From the sequence record MW735835.1: a DNA stretch of 64,000 bases, one strand, 5' to 3'. Numbering within the stretch: the first letter of the stretch is position 1; each line of letters opens with the position of its first letter. Both the position numbers and the translations under genes were made by a program. This document shows positions 35,604 to 45,177 of this stretch, piece by piece. The notes below the pieces were generated by a model that did not search any database, was not told the origin of the DNA, and saw only the letters and a program-made list of their open reading frames with translations.

Positions 35604-38510
35604 TTACTTGCCGTAGTAAGCGAGCAGGTTCTGACGAGCCTTCTCGTTGGCCAGATCTTTCAGGCTGGCGTTCCAGTCGATGGTGCGCAGGGCGCGCTCA
35701 CGCTTGGCCGGATCAGCAGTGGAGATCAGGATGGAGGTCAGGCTGTTGAAGTTGCGCAGGCCCTTCGGAGTGATGGTCATCTGACCCACGCCGGTGTAGA
35801 CCTTCTTGGGCGACATGATGCCGTTGCTGTTCTTGAAGAAGAACGTCAACAGCTCGGTCCAACCCTGGACGAAGTCTTCGCCATCCAGACGCAGCACACG
35901 GTTGATGCAGCGATCCAGCAGGGTCTGGTAAGGCGCAGCTTTCACCACGTCATCACCAGCTTCCTTACGGCCGTCTTCGTAGGCTTTCAGGTCTTCGGTC
36001 ACGAATTTCACGGTCATTGTCATCGACTCCTCGGTAATGTCGCTGATACGTTTCTTGATCGACTCATCGTCGAGCAGAGTGGAGACCCCGAACAACGCCG
36101 CCGCACGACGGATCATTGCTTGAGGGGTTGTGTTGATACCTGGCAGGATCTGTCCACGTGCCCAGGCCTTGATTTCACGGCGAGTCCAGTGGTCGAGCTT
36201 ACGTGCGTCCCGGTAACGGTCACGGACGTAGATGCCCGACGGAGTGGACGGAACCACAGTGCCGTGCAGTACAAAGGATTTGGCATCCTCGTGGTACCAG
36301 AACAGCGGAACCCGGAAGCGCAGGTAGACTTCTTCCCAGAGGACGTCTTCCGACGCCTTCTCGGTTGCCGGAATCTCGCCTTTGAGCCATGCCTTGACCT
36401 CAGCGTCACGCCATTGGCCGGCCACCTTCAACGGGCGGGTCGGATCATTGAGGTAAACGCCGCTTTCCAACGCCTTGGGCTTGGTGCTGGTCTTGAGGTA
36501 CTCGATCACTTCGTTATCGGCCCAGTGAGCAGGGCTGACACCGAACTGGACGTCGATCAGTCGACGAACACGTGCTTGAGCTGCCGGATCAGTGAGGGCA
36601 AACTTCGCCACCACTTGTTCATTGGCCAGGGCCTTCAGTTCGTTCCACGACCAGTTCGACGGATCATCGCAGTTACGCAGACGATCTTCGACGTAGGTGC
36701 CGTCCGGCAGGCGCTTGGGCTCACTTCCATTACGGAAATACGCCAGGATGTGCTGGTTGGTCCAGTGCGAGTTGATCTGGTAGATCGAACGCACTTGGCT
36801 GTAGAGGAACTCGCGGTTGATGCTCTTATCGACTTCGATCTCGCCTTTGAGCCATGCCAGCAGCTGGCGTTCAGAACATGGCTTGCCTTCGACGATGGGT
36901 GGGACCGGATTGTTGGGGAGAACACCGGACACGGCAAACTCCTTGACTTCGTTGTCGTCCAACCGATCAGGAACCCTGAACCGAGCACGGATGTTCAGCA
37001 GGATTACATTGGCCGGTACGGTGGTGATGATTTTGCCAGCTGCCCAAGCTTTCAGCTCTTCTTCCGACCAATCACCTGGATGTTTACTGTCCCGCACACT
37101 GTCCTCGACCAGAACCCCCTCATCAAAGCCCGCAGGAAGCGTTTTAGCGCTTACAAACGCCTTGACTGCACCATCGGTCCAGTTCTTGACGAACGCGCCA
37201 CAGGCGATGCGTAGAGCGGCTGTGAGGGTAGCGACCGTGGTGTTCATGCCAGGAGCAATCTCACCACGAGCCCAACCTACCAACTCGACCATGGTCCACT
37301 TGCTGGCGCTGATGAATTTCCGGCGAGCATCATCGAGGATTACTTCTTCCGGAGTTTCCGCAGCCATTGCTGCGCGCAGCTCAGAACCATCAGGAACCAG
37401 TTCGGTCCAGAGGGTAGGAGTTTTCTCTTCAGGAGGGTCCACAGGGTCGACAGGATCTGTCTCTCCCGGCTCTTCCTCGTCTGTTCCTTCACCCTCTTCA
37501 GGTTCTGGTTCAGTAGGTTCAGGTTCGGTCTCTGGTTCTGGCTCATCGACCGGGTCCTCCGGTTCTGGTTCTGGCGGGGTGGGCTTGACACCCGTTTCGA
37601 TGAAGGTGAGGGCCTGGTCTTCAGTCCACCACTCTTCCATCTCATCCATGTGCCGGCTGATCAGGGTCAGCTTGGCTTTGGCGTCAGCATCATTGCGCAC
37701 CAGGCTGAGCAACTGAGCATCGGTGTACTCAGTGTACGCATGCTCAACCTCAGGGATCTTCTGATCGACCACCCAGACCTTGAGGTCCTCGCGCTTCCAG
37801 TACCATTCGCCGCCGAACACTTCCAGCGCCACAGGCAGCAGGTTGAGGTCAGATTCGAGTTCACCGGCCACCCAGGCGGTCAGTTCAGCTTCTGACCAAT
37901 CCGCAGCCAGCTTCGAGGGCCGGTTACGGTCATTGATCAGAACACCGTTGCTGGTTTCCGCAGGCTTGATGCCTTTCTGGATGTACGCGCAGTAGTCTTC
38001 CCAGGTGATTCCCATGGGCAGATCAAACCGCTGGCAGGCTTCGTCGAGGATGTAGTACTGGCTACGCTCGAGGTCACCGAAGAAGCCCGCACCGAGGTCG
38101 GACAGCTCACTGTCGTTCCAGTACTTGGCTTCCTTGACCCAGCGGTTCGGGTCATTGATGTAATAACCACCCGGGCTCTTGGCCGGTTTGCGGTCAAACA
38201 TCAGCCAGTCGTAGAGGTCTTCCTCGCCCCAATTGACAGCATCGCTGTCGGTCAGGGCGGCGCGACCCCGCAGGGCCTTGTAGAAGTCCTCCCCACCACT
38301 GACGTGGTTGGTGAACAGCTCGTTGTTGGCCAGAGCGAAGAGTTCTGCCAGGCTCCAGTCCCCGAGTTCCTTTGCTTCCCGTTCGATGTCGGAGACCCAG
38401 AGGTCATTCGACGTCTTCGGTGGCTCCTGACCCAAGGACTCGTACACGGCAATCTCTTGCTCGCTCCAAGCCTTGGGGTAGACGCCCCTGTATTTATCGC
38501 TCATGCGCAC
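35604..38510 (-). CDS. Large repeat protein: about ten Trp-rich repeats plus C-terminal gp79-like domain
   Basis: Recurrent W(S/T)xxELxAWxxGE and WxDxxVxxF motifs; E/P linker; C-terminal GWTELLTFF...TADPAKR domain; start 38504 or 38510. Confidence 0.85.
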   Translation of the reverse strand: MRMSDKYRGVYPKAWSEQEIAVYESLGQEPPKTSNDLWVSDIEREAKELGDWSLAELFALANNELFTNHVSGGEDFYKALRGRAALTDSDAVNWGEEDLYDWLMFDRKPAKSPGGYYINDPNRWVKEAKYWNDSELSDLGAGFFGDLERSQYYILDEACQRFDLPMGITWEDYCAYIQKGIKPAETSNGVLINDRNRPSKLAADWSEAELTAWVAGELESDLNLLPVALEVFGGEWYWKREDLKVWVVDQKIPEVEHAYTEYTDAQLLSLVRNDADAKAKLTLISRHMDEMEEWWTEDQALTFIETGVKPTPPEPEPEDPVDEPEPETEPEPTEPEPEEGEGTDEEEPGETDPVDPVDPPEEKTPTLWTELVPDGSELRAAMAAETPEEVILDDARRKFISASKWTMVELVGWARGEIAPGMNTTVATLTAALRIACGAFVKNWTDGAVKAFVSAKTLPAGFDEGVLVEDSVRDSKHPGDWSEEELKAWAAGKIITTVPANVILLNIRARFRVPDRLDDNEVKEFAVSGVLPNNPVPPIVEGKPCSERQLLAWLKGEIEVDKSINREFLYSQVRSIYQINSHWTNQHILAYFRNGSEPKRLPDGTYVEDRLRNCDDPSNWSWNELKALANEQVVAKFALTDPAAQARVRRLIDVQFGVSPAHWADNEVIEYLKTSTKPKALESGVYLNDPTRPLKVAGQWRDAEVKAWLKGEIPATEKASEDVLWEEVYLRFRVPLFWYHEDAKSFVLHGTVVPSTPSGIYVRDRYRDARKLDHWTRREIKAWARGQILPGINTTPQAMIRRAAALFGVSTLLDDESIKKRISDITEESMTMTVKFVTEDLKAYEDGRKEAGDDVVKAAPYQTLLDRCINRVLRLDGEDFVQGWTELLTFFFKNSNGIMSPKKVYTGVGQMTITPKGLRNFNSLTSILISTADPAKRERALRTIDWNASLKDLANEKARQNLLAYYGK

Positions 38511-38514
38511 ACCC

Positions 38515-39891
38515 TTAGGTAAAGGCTTCCAGAATGTTCAGTTTGGCCGTCTTCAGTTCTTTGGCGTGTGCCGAGGCCATCATGATGTCCATGAACTTGG
38601 ACGCCACAGAGGTGTTCTCAGCGCCGATGGCGTGCGGGATGGCCGCCAGGGCTTCACCTACGCACTTAGCGCAGAAGTCGGTAGCACCGGTCTTGCAGAA
38701 GATCGGCGAACGGGTAAGGACGGTCTTACCTTCGAGGCTGATGGCACGTTGCTCATCGAGCAGTACCGGACCTTTCGGGGTGATTTCCCAAAGGCCAGCG
38801 TAGTACGAACCTTGACCTTTCTCGATGGTCCGTTCCAGCCCCAGCGTAGCGCCGCAGTCGTCTTCGGAGATCGCGACGTTCTGGAACACCCGCATGAAGA
38901 ACTTCACCGCTTCCCCGCCGAGTGCAGTCAGTGCACCCCGGTAGAAGGAACCGGCACGAGTGGAGTTGAACATCGCCACCAGCTTGTCGGTGTCCCAGCC
39001 CTCGGTCAGCGAGTTGACCACGAGTTCGGCGCTACCGCCCTCGTTGAAGCCCGCTTCAGGACCGTGGATGAGGAACATACGCTTACGTGCCGTGCCCCAG
39101 GTCTTGTTCGACAGGAGGAAGCCTTCAGACGGGTCGTCTTTCAGCCAAGCCTTGTCCATGTCGATCAGTTCGTTCTGGATCTTCGAGACCACAACCGGGT
39201 CGTGCAGACGCTCTTGGTTCTCTTCGAGCAGCTTGGCACGACGACCGTAGACCGCCGGGTCAGTCATCAGCGACTTGGGCGTCAGGGTCGGCACGAACAA
39301 CTGGGTGAAACCAGCCAGTGCGCCCATGCAACGACCAAAGCGCATGTACATCTTCACCGGGATCTGGTCAGGCCGGGGTTCGACACCACTGACCTCAGGA
39401 TCGTCGCACAGCTTGGAGGCGATGATGCGTTCGATCTTGCTGATCTTCACCGGACCGACCTGGTAAGGGATACGGTCTTCGAAGGGTTCGACCAGCGCGA
39501 TGTAGTTGAACAGCAGATCGCCGTAGGTGGAGTCCACTTCCTCATGGAGGTTGGCGATCATGTCCGGGGTGACCTTGAGGTCATCGGCCGGGTAGAACAG
39601 CGGGGTCATCGGGACGGTATCCTCGATGGGTACCCATGCTTCTGGGTCTTCCACCGGGATGTGGCGCACCTGAGGGACACCATGATGATCACCGAGGATC
39701 ACCGTGCCTTCCGGCTCATGTTTCTCACCGGGCAGGTAGACTTCGGTGACATCGGCCTTGTAGCGGATGTCGTAAGCCTGAGGGACGATGCCGTTCTCAG
39801 GACGGACGACTGAGAAGGCACTGATGACCCAGTCCTTACGGCGGTAGCACCCTGCTCGCAGGGCGGCTACGTAGAGGTCTTGCTTCTTCAC
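38515..39891 (-). CDS. Virion RNA polymerase beta-prime C-terminal subunit (phiKZ gp80-like)
   Basis: GSFYRG, EDDCGAT, TRSPIFCKT..FCAKCVGE beta-prime Zn site. Confidence 0.85.
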   Translation of the reverse strand: MKKQDLYVAALRAGCYRRKDWVISAFSVVRPENGIVPQAYDIRYKADVTEVYLPGEKHEPEGTVILGDHHGVPQVRHIPVEDPEAWVPIEDTVPMTPLFYPADDLKVTPDMIANLHEEVDSTYGDLLFNYIALVEPFEDRIPYQVGPVKISKIERIIASKLCDDPEVSGVEPRPDQIPVKMYMRFGRCMGALAGFTQLFVPTLTPKSLMTDPAVYGRRAKLLEENQERLHDPVVVSKIQNELIDMDKAWLKDDPSEGFLLSNKTWGTARKRMFLIHGPEAGFNEGGSAELVVNSLTEGWDTDKLVAMFNSTRAGSFYRGALTALGGEAVKFFMRVFQNVAISEDDCGATLGLERTIEKGQGSYYAGLWEITPKGPVLLDEQRAISLEGKTVLTRSPIFCKTGATDFCAKCVGEALAAIPHAIGAENTSVASKFMDIMMASAHAKELKTAKLNILEAFT

Positions 39892-40721
39892 GGCGTATCC
39901 TCCGGAAGGGTAGAGAGCACGGCGGTGACGCGCTTGTAGGACTTCTGCACGACGAACGGATCATCATGCATCTCTTCTACGAAGAACATCACTTCGTCAC
40001 GCAGTGCATCGCGAGGGGTCTTGGCCAGGATGGCAATGGACAGCAATTGGTCAGCAAGATCCTCAGGACCGAGATCAGCCAATTGAGGCCGGGCGCTCTT
40101 GACCAGTTCTTCTGCCGAGGAACCGATCTCCACACCTGCGTTCAGGGATTCCATGCCGACGGTCAACTTCTCACCGACGATCTTCTGGTGAGCGTTCAGC
40201 AGACGGGTAGCGTTCTGTACGCCGTCTTCACCCTGCACGGTGTAACCCAGGTTACGTTCGACCCGTTCCTTGATGGCAAGGATCACGTCGCCGGAACACC
40301 CCAGCACGTACTCCATCAGTTCTTCAGGTTCGACCGCCATGTGGATGGCCAGTACGTTGCAGAGGGTATCGACCCCGTCTTCCCCGGCATTGACCGCGGT
40401 GAGGAATTCGTAGTCGTTGTCATTCGGGTTGAACAGCAAGCACTCGAGGATGCTTGCCAGCGGATCGAGCTTCAGGATGTCGAGGTCCAGTTCGATCTGC
40501 ATCTGCGCCAGCAAGGCACGGACCTGGTCCATGACGATGGTGCGGGCTTCGTCAACGAGGGTGATACTGTCGTGCTCGTTGGCGTTCATGCGCAGGATCA
40601 GGATACGGTCTTTGTAACCGGTAGCCTTGTACTTCTCCAGCGCTTGAGTCAGGGCCTCGAAACCATCGTAGACGGACGGGTCAACCTTATCCTGAAGGAT
40701 ATCGGAAAGTTCTTGCAACAT
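39888..40721 (-). CDS. Conserved acidic helical protein (gp81-like position)
   Basis: AAGGA RBS; coupled to vRNAP gene. Confidence 0.8.
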   Translation of the reverse strand: MLQELSDILQDKVDPSVYDGFEALTQALEKYKATGYKDRILILRMNANEHDSITLVDEARTIVMDQVRALLAQMQIELDLDILKLDPLASILECLLFNPNDNDYEFLTAVNAGEDGVDTLCNVLAIHMAVEPEELMEYVLGCSGDVILAIKERVERNLGYTVQGEDGVQNATRLLNAHQKIVGEKLTVGMESLNAGVEIGSSAEELVKSARPQLADLGPEDLADQLLSIAILAKTPRDALRDEVMFFVEEMHDDPFVVQKSYKRVTAVLSTLPEDTP

Positions 40722-40817
40722 GGCGGTTTCCTTAATAAAAAAAGTTTACCCGACCTAATATGAGTAAAGTACAAATAATTGGCCAGGCCGTAAACAAATT
40801 AACTGGGGTACAAATGA

Positions 40818-41216
40818 ATGAACACCACCGTCCAGACGCCTGCTCAGGCGTTGAGTGAGCTGCGCCAACAAGCGCTCAGACTCCTGTACAAATTCGCTGA
40901 ATCCACCCGTGATATCGCCCGCTTCCGTCAGTGGACCGATACCAACCGTCAAGCCCGTTGCAACCAACTGGTGCAGTGCATCAAGCGTGATCTCAACGAG
41001 TTCCATGGTCGGGTGCAAGCGCTCGACAACAAACACAAGCGCGAGATCTCCAGCAACGTACTGGCTCACCCGCATCACCCGGTCATGCTGGCCGCTGGCG
41101 GTGAGTGGTACTCCCTGATCGACGACATCACCAGTGTCGTCACCCCTAACTCGGCTGAACTTGCTGGCCTGCTGGCCCAAGAAGGTGCAGCCTCTCAACA
41201 AGCCGCTGTTGTATAA
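40818..41216 (+). CDS. Hypothetical protein
   Basis: 132 aa, strong codon bias, divergent from AT-rich spacer. Confidence 0.8.
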   Translation: MNTTVQTPAQALSELRQQALRLLYKFAESTRDIARFRQWTDTNRQARCNQLVQCIKRDLNEFHGRVQALDNKHKREISSNVLAHPHHPVMLAAGGEWYSLIDDITSVVTPNSAELAGLLAQEGAASQQAAVV

Positions 41217-41225
41217 GGTACTACC

Positions 41226-42830
41226 ATGAGCGACAATCAAAACGGCCAAGGTGGCATGGACGAGATCGATGGCGATCCGGCTGAGAACATGATCCAGGAC
41301 CCTGACGCGCCTCAAGGTGCTGATGCCTTTGCCGCTGCCGCGCAACAAGCCGCTGCTGCTGGTCCCGAGACTCCGGCTGAGAAACAGCCTGAGCCGAAAG
41401 TGGAAATCGAAGGTCTGTGGGATGAGGTCGACCAACCCAACCCGCACGTAACCCACAACGCCTCCATGTTCCATCGTCAGGCTCTGGCACCGACTCAGGT
41501 CGGCCTGGCAGCCCTGCACGTGGGCATGCGTGAGCTGGACATGATCATGGAAGCCCGTGGTCTGAACAACCTCACCGAAGAGAAGGCCAAGTCCCTCTCG
41601 AACGCTGACCGTCGCATGGTCAACCTAGCTCGTAACCTGACCACCATCTACCAAGACATCTACTTCGACGATGTCGACAAGGCCGGCAACTGGCACGCCA
41701 CGGTCATGCACAACGAGACCGCCCTCGGCGCTGGTAAGGTGAAAGCCGCCAACATCAAGGACCCGGTACTCGCCATTCGTGCGACCTTCGGCCAGGGTTC
41801 TCAGGTTCAGATCCCGCTGTGGTCCACTGGCCTGTGGGTGACCTTCCGTGCGCCGACCATCCAGGAACTGCTGGACTTCGAACAGAAGTGCCGCCTGGAG
41901 AAGATGAACCTCGGTCGTTCTTCCAACGGCATGGTCTTCTCGGCCGTCGAGGTGTACACCGTCGAGACTTACATGCGCTTCGCTCTGGAGCACGTGATCT
42001 CGGTGAACTACGCCTTCGAGACCGCTGACCACGTCGAAGAACTGCTGACCGTGATCCGTTCGCGCGATTACCAGCAGGTCGTGTGGGGCATGGTCTGTGC
42101 CATGTATCCGGATGGCTACCCGCTGCGTCAGCCGTGCGTGGCCAACCCCGATACCTGCGACCACCTGGACGAGGTTCTGCTGAACTTCGCCCGCATGGGC
42201 TTCGTGGACCGCGACAAGATCAGCGACAAGCAAGCGTTGATGATGGCCTCGCGTTCCACCAAGCGTGATCGCAAGTGGCTGGAAGAATACCAGGCCGAGT
42301 TCCCGTTCTTCGAGAAGCGCATCAACGTCGGCAATGGCCTGACTGCGGTACTGCGTTGCTCCTCGCTGGCCGAACAGATCGATGCAGGCCACCTGTGGGT
42401 GGACGGTATCTCCAAGGCAACCAACGAAGCCTTCGGTGCCCGTCTGTCCGAGATGGACCGCATCCGTCACATCATGCGTTCGGGCGCATTGACCAACCTG
42501 CGTCAGTACGGCCACTGGGTCGCCCAGTTCGAACACAAGACCGACCCGGAAGCTGCGCCGATCATTCACGCCGACTTCGAGAACAAGGACCGCATCCTCG
42601 AGTTGCTGTCTGAAGACCCGCAAGTCAGCGAGATGCTGACCAACGAGATCGTCGAGTGGATCAAGAAGTCGACCGTGTCCTACACTGCGCTGGCCAAGAC
42701 ACCGTGCCCGGCCTGCCAGAAGGAACCGGAAGACAAGACTCATCCGCACCTCATCCCGATCGACATCGGTTACGTTTTTTTCACCCTAGCCGCACTGAAG
42801 ATCAGCCAAGTAGAAGGCGCGGCGGTGTAA
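41226..42830 (+). CDS. T4 gp26-like baseplate/tail assembly chaperone
   Basis: IPLWSTGLWVTFRAPTIQELL resembles gp26 LPSxGxxVxFRP; Cys motifs PCVANPDTC and PCPAC. Confidence 0.6.
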   Translation: MSDNQNGQGGMDEIDGDPAENMIQDPDAPQGADAFAAAAQQAAAAGPETPAEKQPEPKVEIEGLWDEVDQPNPHVTHNASMFHRQALAPTQVGLAALHVGMRELDMIMEARGLNNLTEEKAKSLSNADRRMVNLARNLTTIYQDIYFDDVDKAGNWHATVMHNETALGAGKVKAANIKDPVLAIRATFGQGSQVQIPLWSTGLWVTFRAPTIQELLDFEQKCRLEKMNLGRSSNGMVFSAVEVYTVETYMRFALEHVISVNYAFETADHVEELLTVIRSRDYQQVVWGMVCAMYPDGYPLRQPCVANPDTCDHLDEVLLNFARMGFVDRDKISDKQALMMASRSTKRDRKWLEEYQAEFPFFEKRINVGNGLTAVLRCSSLAEQIDAGHLWVDGISKATNEAFGARLSEMDRIRHIMRSGALTNLRQYGHWVAQFEHKTDPEAAPIIHADFENKDRILELLSEDPQVSEMLTNEIVEWIKKSTVSYTALAKTPCPACQKEPEDKTHPHLIPIDIGYVFFTLAALKISQVEGAAV

Positions 42831-43285
42831 CCCTAGCAATAGGAGAACACGTCGGAGACCGAAGCTTCGGCTTAAAGCAGATCGGCAATCGTGATGAGCC
42901 TTCGCACCTGGACAGAATCTTGGGTACCTACGACAAGACGCTGGACAGTATCCAAGCGGAGATCATCACGAGGGAGTGTTACGACGAGTACTTCGGCATT
43001 TACGCTCAGAGTACCCAAGGAGCTTCTCCTTGGGCTTTGGCCGCGATGCATGAGCCGGAAGACCTAGGTAAGGTGGACCCGTTCGATGTGTACCTTGAGC
43101 GATACTTGGTCGCCAACGTGCTGAAGTACACGGGAATCAACTTTCAAGATTTCATGAAGTTGCCCCGTGATCGAGCGGAAGCCATGTTGAAAAGGTGTGA
43201 CTCGTTGTCCTCGAAAGAAGACAGTGATGTGGCCAACCTCGTCAACGGGCGGAACGCCAAGCAACCGACGATGAAACCGAAATAA
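42782..43285 (+). CDS. Downstream chaperone-like ORF (gp51/gpT-like), probably reached by -1 frameshift or a non-canonical start
   Basis: Open -1 frame from 42656 to 43285; protein-like body with INFQDFMKLP; no convincing RBS-linked start. Confidence 0.55.
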   Translation, partial: HPSRTEDQPSRRRGGVTLAIGEHVGDRSFGLKQIGNRDEPSHLDRILGTYDKTLDSIQAEIITRECYDEYFGIYAQSTQGASPWALAAMHEPEDLGKVDPFDVYLERYLVANVLKYTGINFQDFMKLPRDRAEAMLKRCDSLSSKEDSDVANLVNGRNAKQPTMKPK

Positions 43286-43329
43286 GGAGGAGGGGTTCGC
43301 CCCTCCTCTATTCCATCTCACAGTGACGA

Positions 43330-43344
43330 TACATTATCCAACTG
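43330..43344 (+). promoter_or_regulatory. Phage promoter motif at start of accessory island
   Basis: TACATTAT ccaac TG. Confidence 0.75.
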
Positions 43345-43364
43345 TCTATCCATCGGAGTTCATC

Positions 43365-43871
43365 ATGTCTGATAAACGCAGTGGTATCGAGAAACTGACC
43401 AACCCGGAAGCACTTTTGCAGGGCTATTGGCAATCAGTGGTCCACCAGTACCGGGAAACCGATTACATTATCGTGGACGAGGACATCCGCGATATCGTCG
43501 CCAAGATCAACGAAGTTTCCGGGGTCTTGGTGACCGACTGCTGCGCCTCCCATCCGGAGCGTGAGCGTCATAACCTCTACCTGGCCTTCCTCCCAACCAC
43601 CGAAGGCTTTGATTTCCTCGCCGACCTGTATAACCACTTCGTGGGCCAGGTGTTGAACGAGGCAGTCATTGGTAATCTGGTCTCGCAGATCCAATTCCGT
43701 GTTCGTCATCGACAAGTCGATGTGAAATTCCAGGAGTGGGGCACCATTTGGAGCATCCGTCTCCCGGTGGACGATCAGAACGTGAAAGATCGTGCACTCA
43801 CCTGCCTCAGGAGGGCTGTTGACAATGCCATTGGAGATCTTAGACGAGAACCTGTGGGCGATCCAAGCTGA
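43365..43871 (+). CDS. Hypothetical protein with TDCCASHP motif
   Basis: GGAG RBS; KINEVSGVLVTDCCASHP resembles the LNxxxGxxTxxSCxGH phage domain. Confidence 0.7.
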   Translation: MSDKRSGIEKLTNPEALLQGYWQSVVHQYRETDYIIVDEDIRDIVAKINEVSGVLVTDCCASHPERERHNLYLAFLPTTEGFDFLADLYNHFVGQVLNEAVIGNLVSQIQFRVRHRQVDVKFQEWGTIWSIRLPVDDQNVKDRALTCLRRAVDNAIGDLRREPVGDPS

Positions 43872-44286
43872 CACCCGCGTCATCACTGTCAACATGGTGG
43901 GTGCCATGGGTGCAGGAGTCGCCAGAACGGCCAGGAATACCATCCCTGGGCTGTACAAGCACTACCGCAAGATGATCACCCAGATCGAACCCACCCAGTT
44001 CATCACTTACCAACATGACGGCATCCGTTATTTGCTGATTCCCACGAAGCTGGATTGGCGAGACCCTTCGCCACGTGGGTTGGTGGTGCACAATTTCTGT
44101 AAACTGGTGGTCTTAGCCAACCGCCACCGCTTAGGCACCATCGTACTGCCGCCCATGGGGTGTGGGAACGGCCAGTTGGACTGGGAGAATGACATCCAGT
44201 ACCTCTACAAGTCGTTGTTGCCGTATCAAGAGACCAAGTTCATCGCCGCGTTAGGCGACATGAGGAGCAGGAATGGAAGGTCCTAA
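43825..44286 (+). CDS. Macrodomain ADP-ribosylhydrolase, DarG/OARD1-like
   Basis: VNMVGAMGAGVA, LIPTKLDWRDPS, LPPMGCGNGQLDW; AGGAGG RBS. Confidence 0.85.
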   Translation: MPLEILDENLWAIQADTRVITVNMVGAMGAGVARTARNTIPGLYKHYRKMITQIEPTQFITYQHDGIRYLLIPTKLDWRDPSPRGLVVHNFCKLVVLANRHRLGTIVLPPMGCGNGQLDWENDIQYLYKSLLPYQETKFIAALGDMRSRNGRS

Positions 44287-45166
44287 TTACTTCCGCGATG
44301 CGTTCGGGTATTTCAAGCGAAAGACAGTGATCCCTGGGACCGATGGACTCGCCAATGCGATGCAGTCGGCCATCAAGGCTCACAAGTTCGTGTTGCCGGA
44401 AGGTGGGCGGGTGCTGGATAACGACTTGCGGGCTCTGCCTGACATCGTTCGTTTGCCGTACCCTACGTTGGTGCTCGAATATGCCTGCGAAGAAGACGTC
44501 CTCAGACCAATTGCTCAAGAGGCTGTTGACAAGGGCAGTGATGACGCCGAGATCCAGTTCATGCTCAAGGGCGGTTTCCGTCGAGACAAGCTGATCGTCA
44601 TCGCCATGCAGAAAGATGACAAGGACATCGACGTCTTTATCATCTTCCATTCCCCATTGCAGAACAACTGGGCTAGCCCGCCGTTCGAATGCACCATTCC
44701 GTCGAAAAAAGAAGAAGTGATGAACTTCCTTGATTCGGCTATCATCCCTGTTCGGGTTGAAAGTGACCATGGGATGTCGCAGGAATGGTTCCAGAAGATC
44801 GTCTGGGCCACCATGCAAGGACCTGTGCGTGCTATTTACGAGGTCGTTGAGGCGCTCTCGTTCAGTAACATCACGGAGATGGACATCCCTGCGAAGAAGA
44901 TGACCTTCACCGAAAGCCGGAAGAAGGCCTTGCCCTACGACAGCTACAAAGTGCTCGTGGTGGACAAGACTCAGAAGATCGTTGGTGCAGGGCGAAGCGA
45001 ACAACGAGCACCGGTGCAGCCTGGCGAGCGTCGTCAGAGCCGTGAGCACACCCGTCGAGGTCATGACCGTACCTATAAACGGTCCGGCAAGAAGATCTGG
45101 ATCAATCCCATGGTGATCAACGCCGGAGTGGGCGGAACGATCATCAAAGACTACTCAGTGAAATAG
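44273..45166 (+). CDS. Hypothetical phage protein with C-terminal basic HxRRGHxR motif
   Basis: GAGGAG RBS; REHTRRGHDRTYKRSGKKIWINP. Confidence 0.8.
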   Translation: MEGPNYFRDAFGYFKRKTVIPGTDGLANAMQSAIKAHKFVLPEGGRVLDNDLRALPDIVRLPYPTLVLEYACEEDVLRPIAQEAVDKGSDDAEIQFMLKGGFRRDKLIVIAMQKDDKDIDVFIIFHSPLQNNWASPPFECTIPSKKEEVMNFLDSAIIPVRVESDHGMSQEWFQKIVWATMQGPVRAIYEVVEALSFSNITEMDIPAKKMTFTESRKKALPYDSYKVLVVDKTQKIVGAGRSEQRAPVQPGERRQSREHTRRGHDRTYKRSGKKIWINPMVINAGVGGTIIKDYSVK

Positions 45167-45177
45167 GAGCGTCACCT

